In this document: in pieces, positions 63,559 to 64,000 of the stretch
How the letters are laid out: each line of letters starts with the position of its first letter
Numbering within the stretch: the stretch's first letter is position 1
From: Camelus dromedarius
Lineage: Eukaryota
Assembly (NCBI RefSeq): GCF_036321535.1
Contig: NC_087436.1
Span: forward strand, 95,296,001-95,360,000
Direction of reading: 5' to 3'
DNA: 64,000 nucleotides
Position numbers and translations under genes: made by a program
Notes under the pieces: model-generated
Databases searched by the model: none
What the model saw: the letters and a program-made list of their open reading frames with translations, nothing else
What the model was told of the DNA's origin: nothing

Positions 63559-64000
63559 CAGCACTGACCAGTAGAAATATAATGCAATGTATATTTCCTA
63601 CTGTATAGCACAGGGAACAACATTCAGTAATAACCTGTAATGAATGAGAATATGAAAAAGAATATATATATTTATGTATAACTGAATCATTATGCTGTAC
63701 ATCAGAAACTAACACAACATTGTAAATCAATTAAACTTCAATTAAAAAAAAAAAGAAGTATAATGCAAGCCATATATGTAATTTTAGATGTCTGTTAACC
63801 ATAGTAAAAAAGTAAAAAAAAAAGGTAAAATTAATTTCAATAATATACTTTTACTTGACCCAGTATATCCCAAATATTATCAATTCAACATGTAATCAAT
63901 ATAAAAGTTATTAATGAGAACATCATGTTAAATCTTCAAAATCTGTTGTGTATTTTATACCTACAGCACATCTTAATTCAGATTAGTCATATTTCAATAG
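63559..64000 (+). mobile_element. MER33-like hAT-Charlie MITE interrupted by a young L1 3' end (63588-63753); runs off the window
   Basis: CAGCACTGACCAGTAGAAATATAATGCAA|insert|GCCATATATGTAATTTTA...; L1 TSD AGAA(A/G)TATAATGCAA at 63573-63587 and 63754-63768. Confidence 0.85.

Noticed and set aside
1..64000. CRISPR arrays, rRNA/tRNA genes, prokaryote-type systems or intact ERV/L1 ORFs
   Set aside because: None seen; the sequence is mammalian with only degraded elements, and the tRNA-like B box near 39668 belongs to a MIR.

Overview
Mammalian genomic DNA containing one complete protein-coding gene on the minus strand, KLF3 (basic Kruppel-like factor). Five coding exons with canonical GT/AG boundaries (31650-31594, 24436-23950, 23282-23132, 18223-18063, 15961-15780) join to 1038 nt = 345 aa + stop, with the PVDLT CtBP motif and three C2H2 zinc fingers. 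A CpG-island promoter and non-coding exon 1 lie at ~45.6-48.0 kb, and a ~3.8 kb 3'UTR ends near 12000. A TATA/CACCC/GATA cluster at ~37.4-38.0 kb in intron 1 looks like the erythroid-type alternative promoter. The flanks are old repeats (L1, L2, MIR, LTRs, hAT MITEs) plus a U6 snRNA retrocopy. I saw no Alu or rodent B1/B2 SINEs, and the short young L1 3' ends suggest a cetartiodactyl, possibly a camelid (inference). I found no evidence of a wholly new biological system. The best leads are regulatory (alternative promoter, a splice donor that doubles as a stop codon, poly(A)-site-switchable miRNA sites, a CTCF site, antisense donors) and retrotransposition footprints (a short 3' transduction, nested insertions). 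Repeat family names are from memory of consensus sequences and need RepeatMasker/Dfam confirmation.
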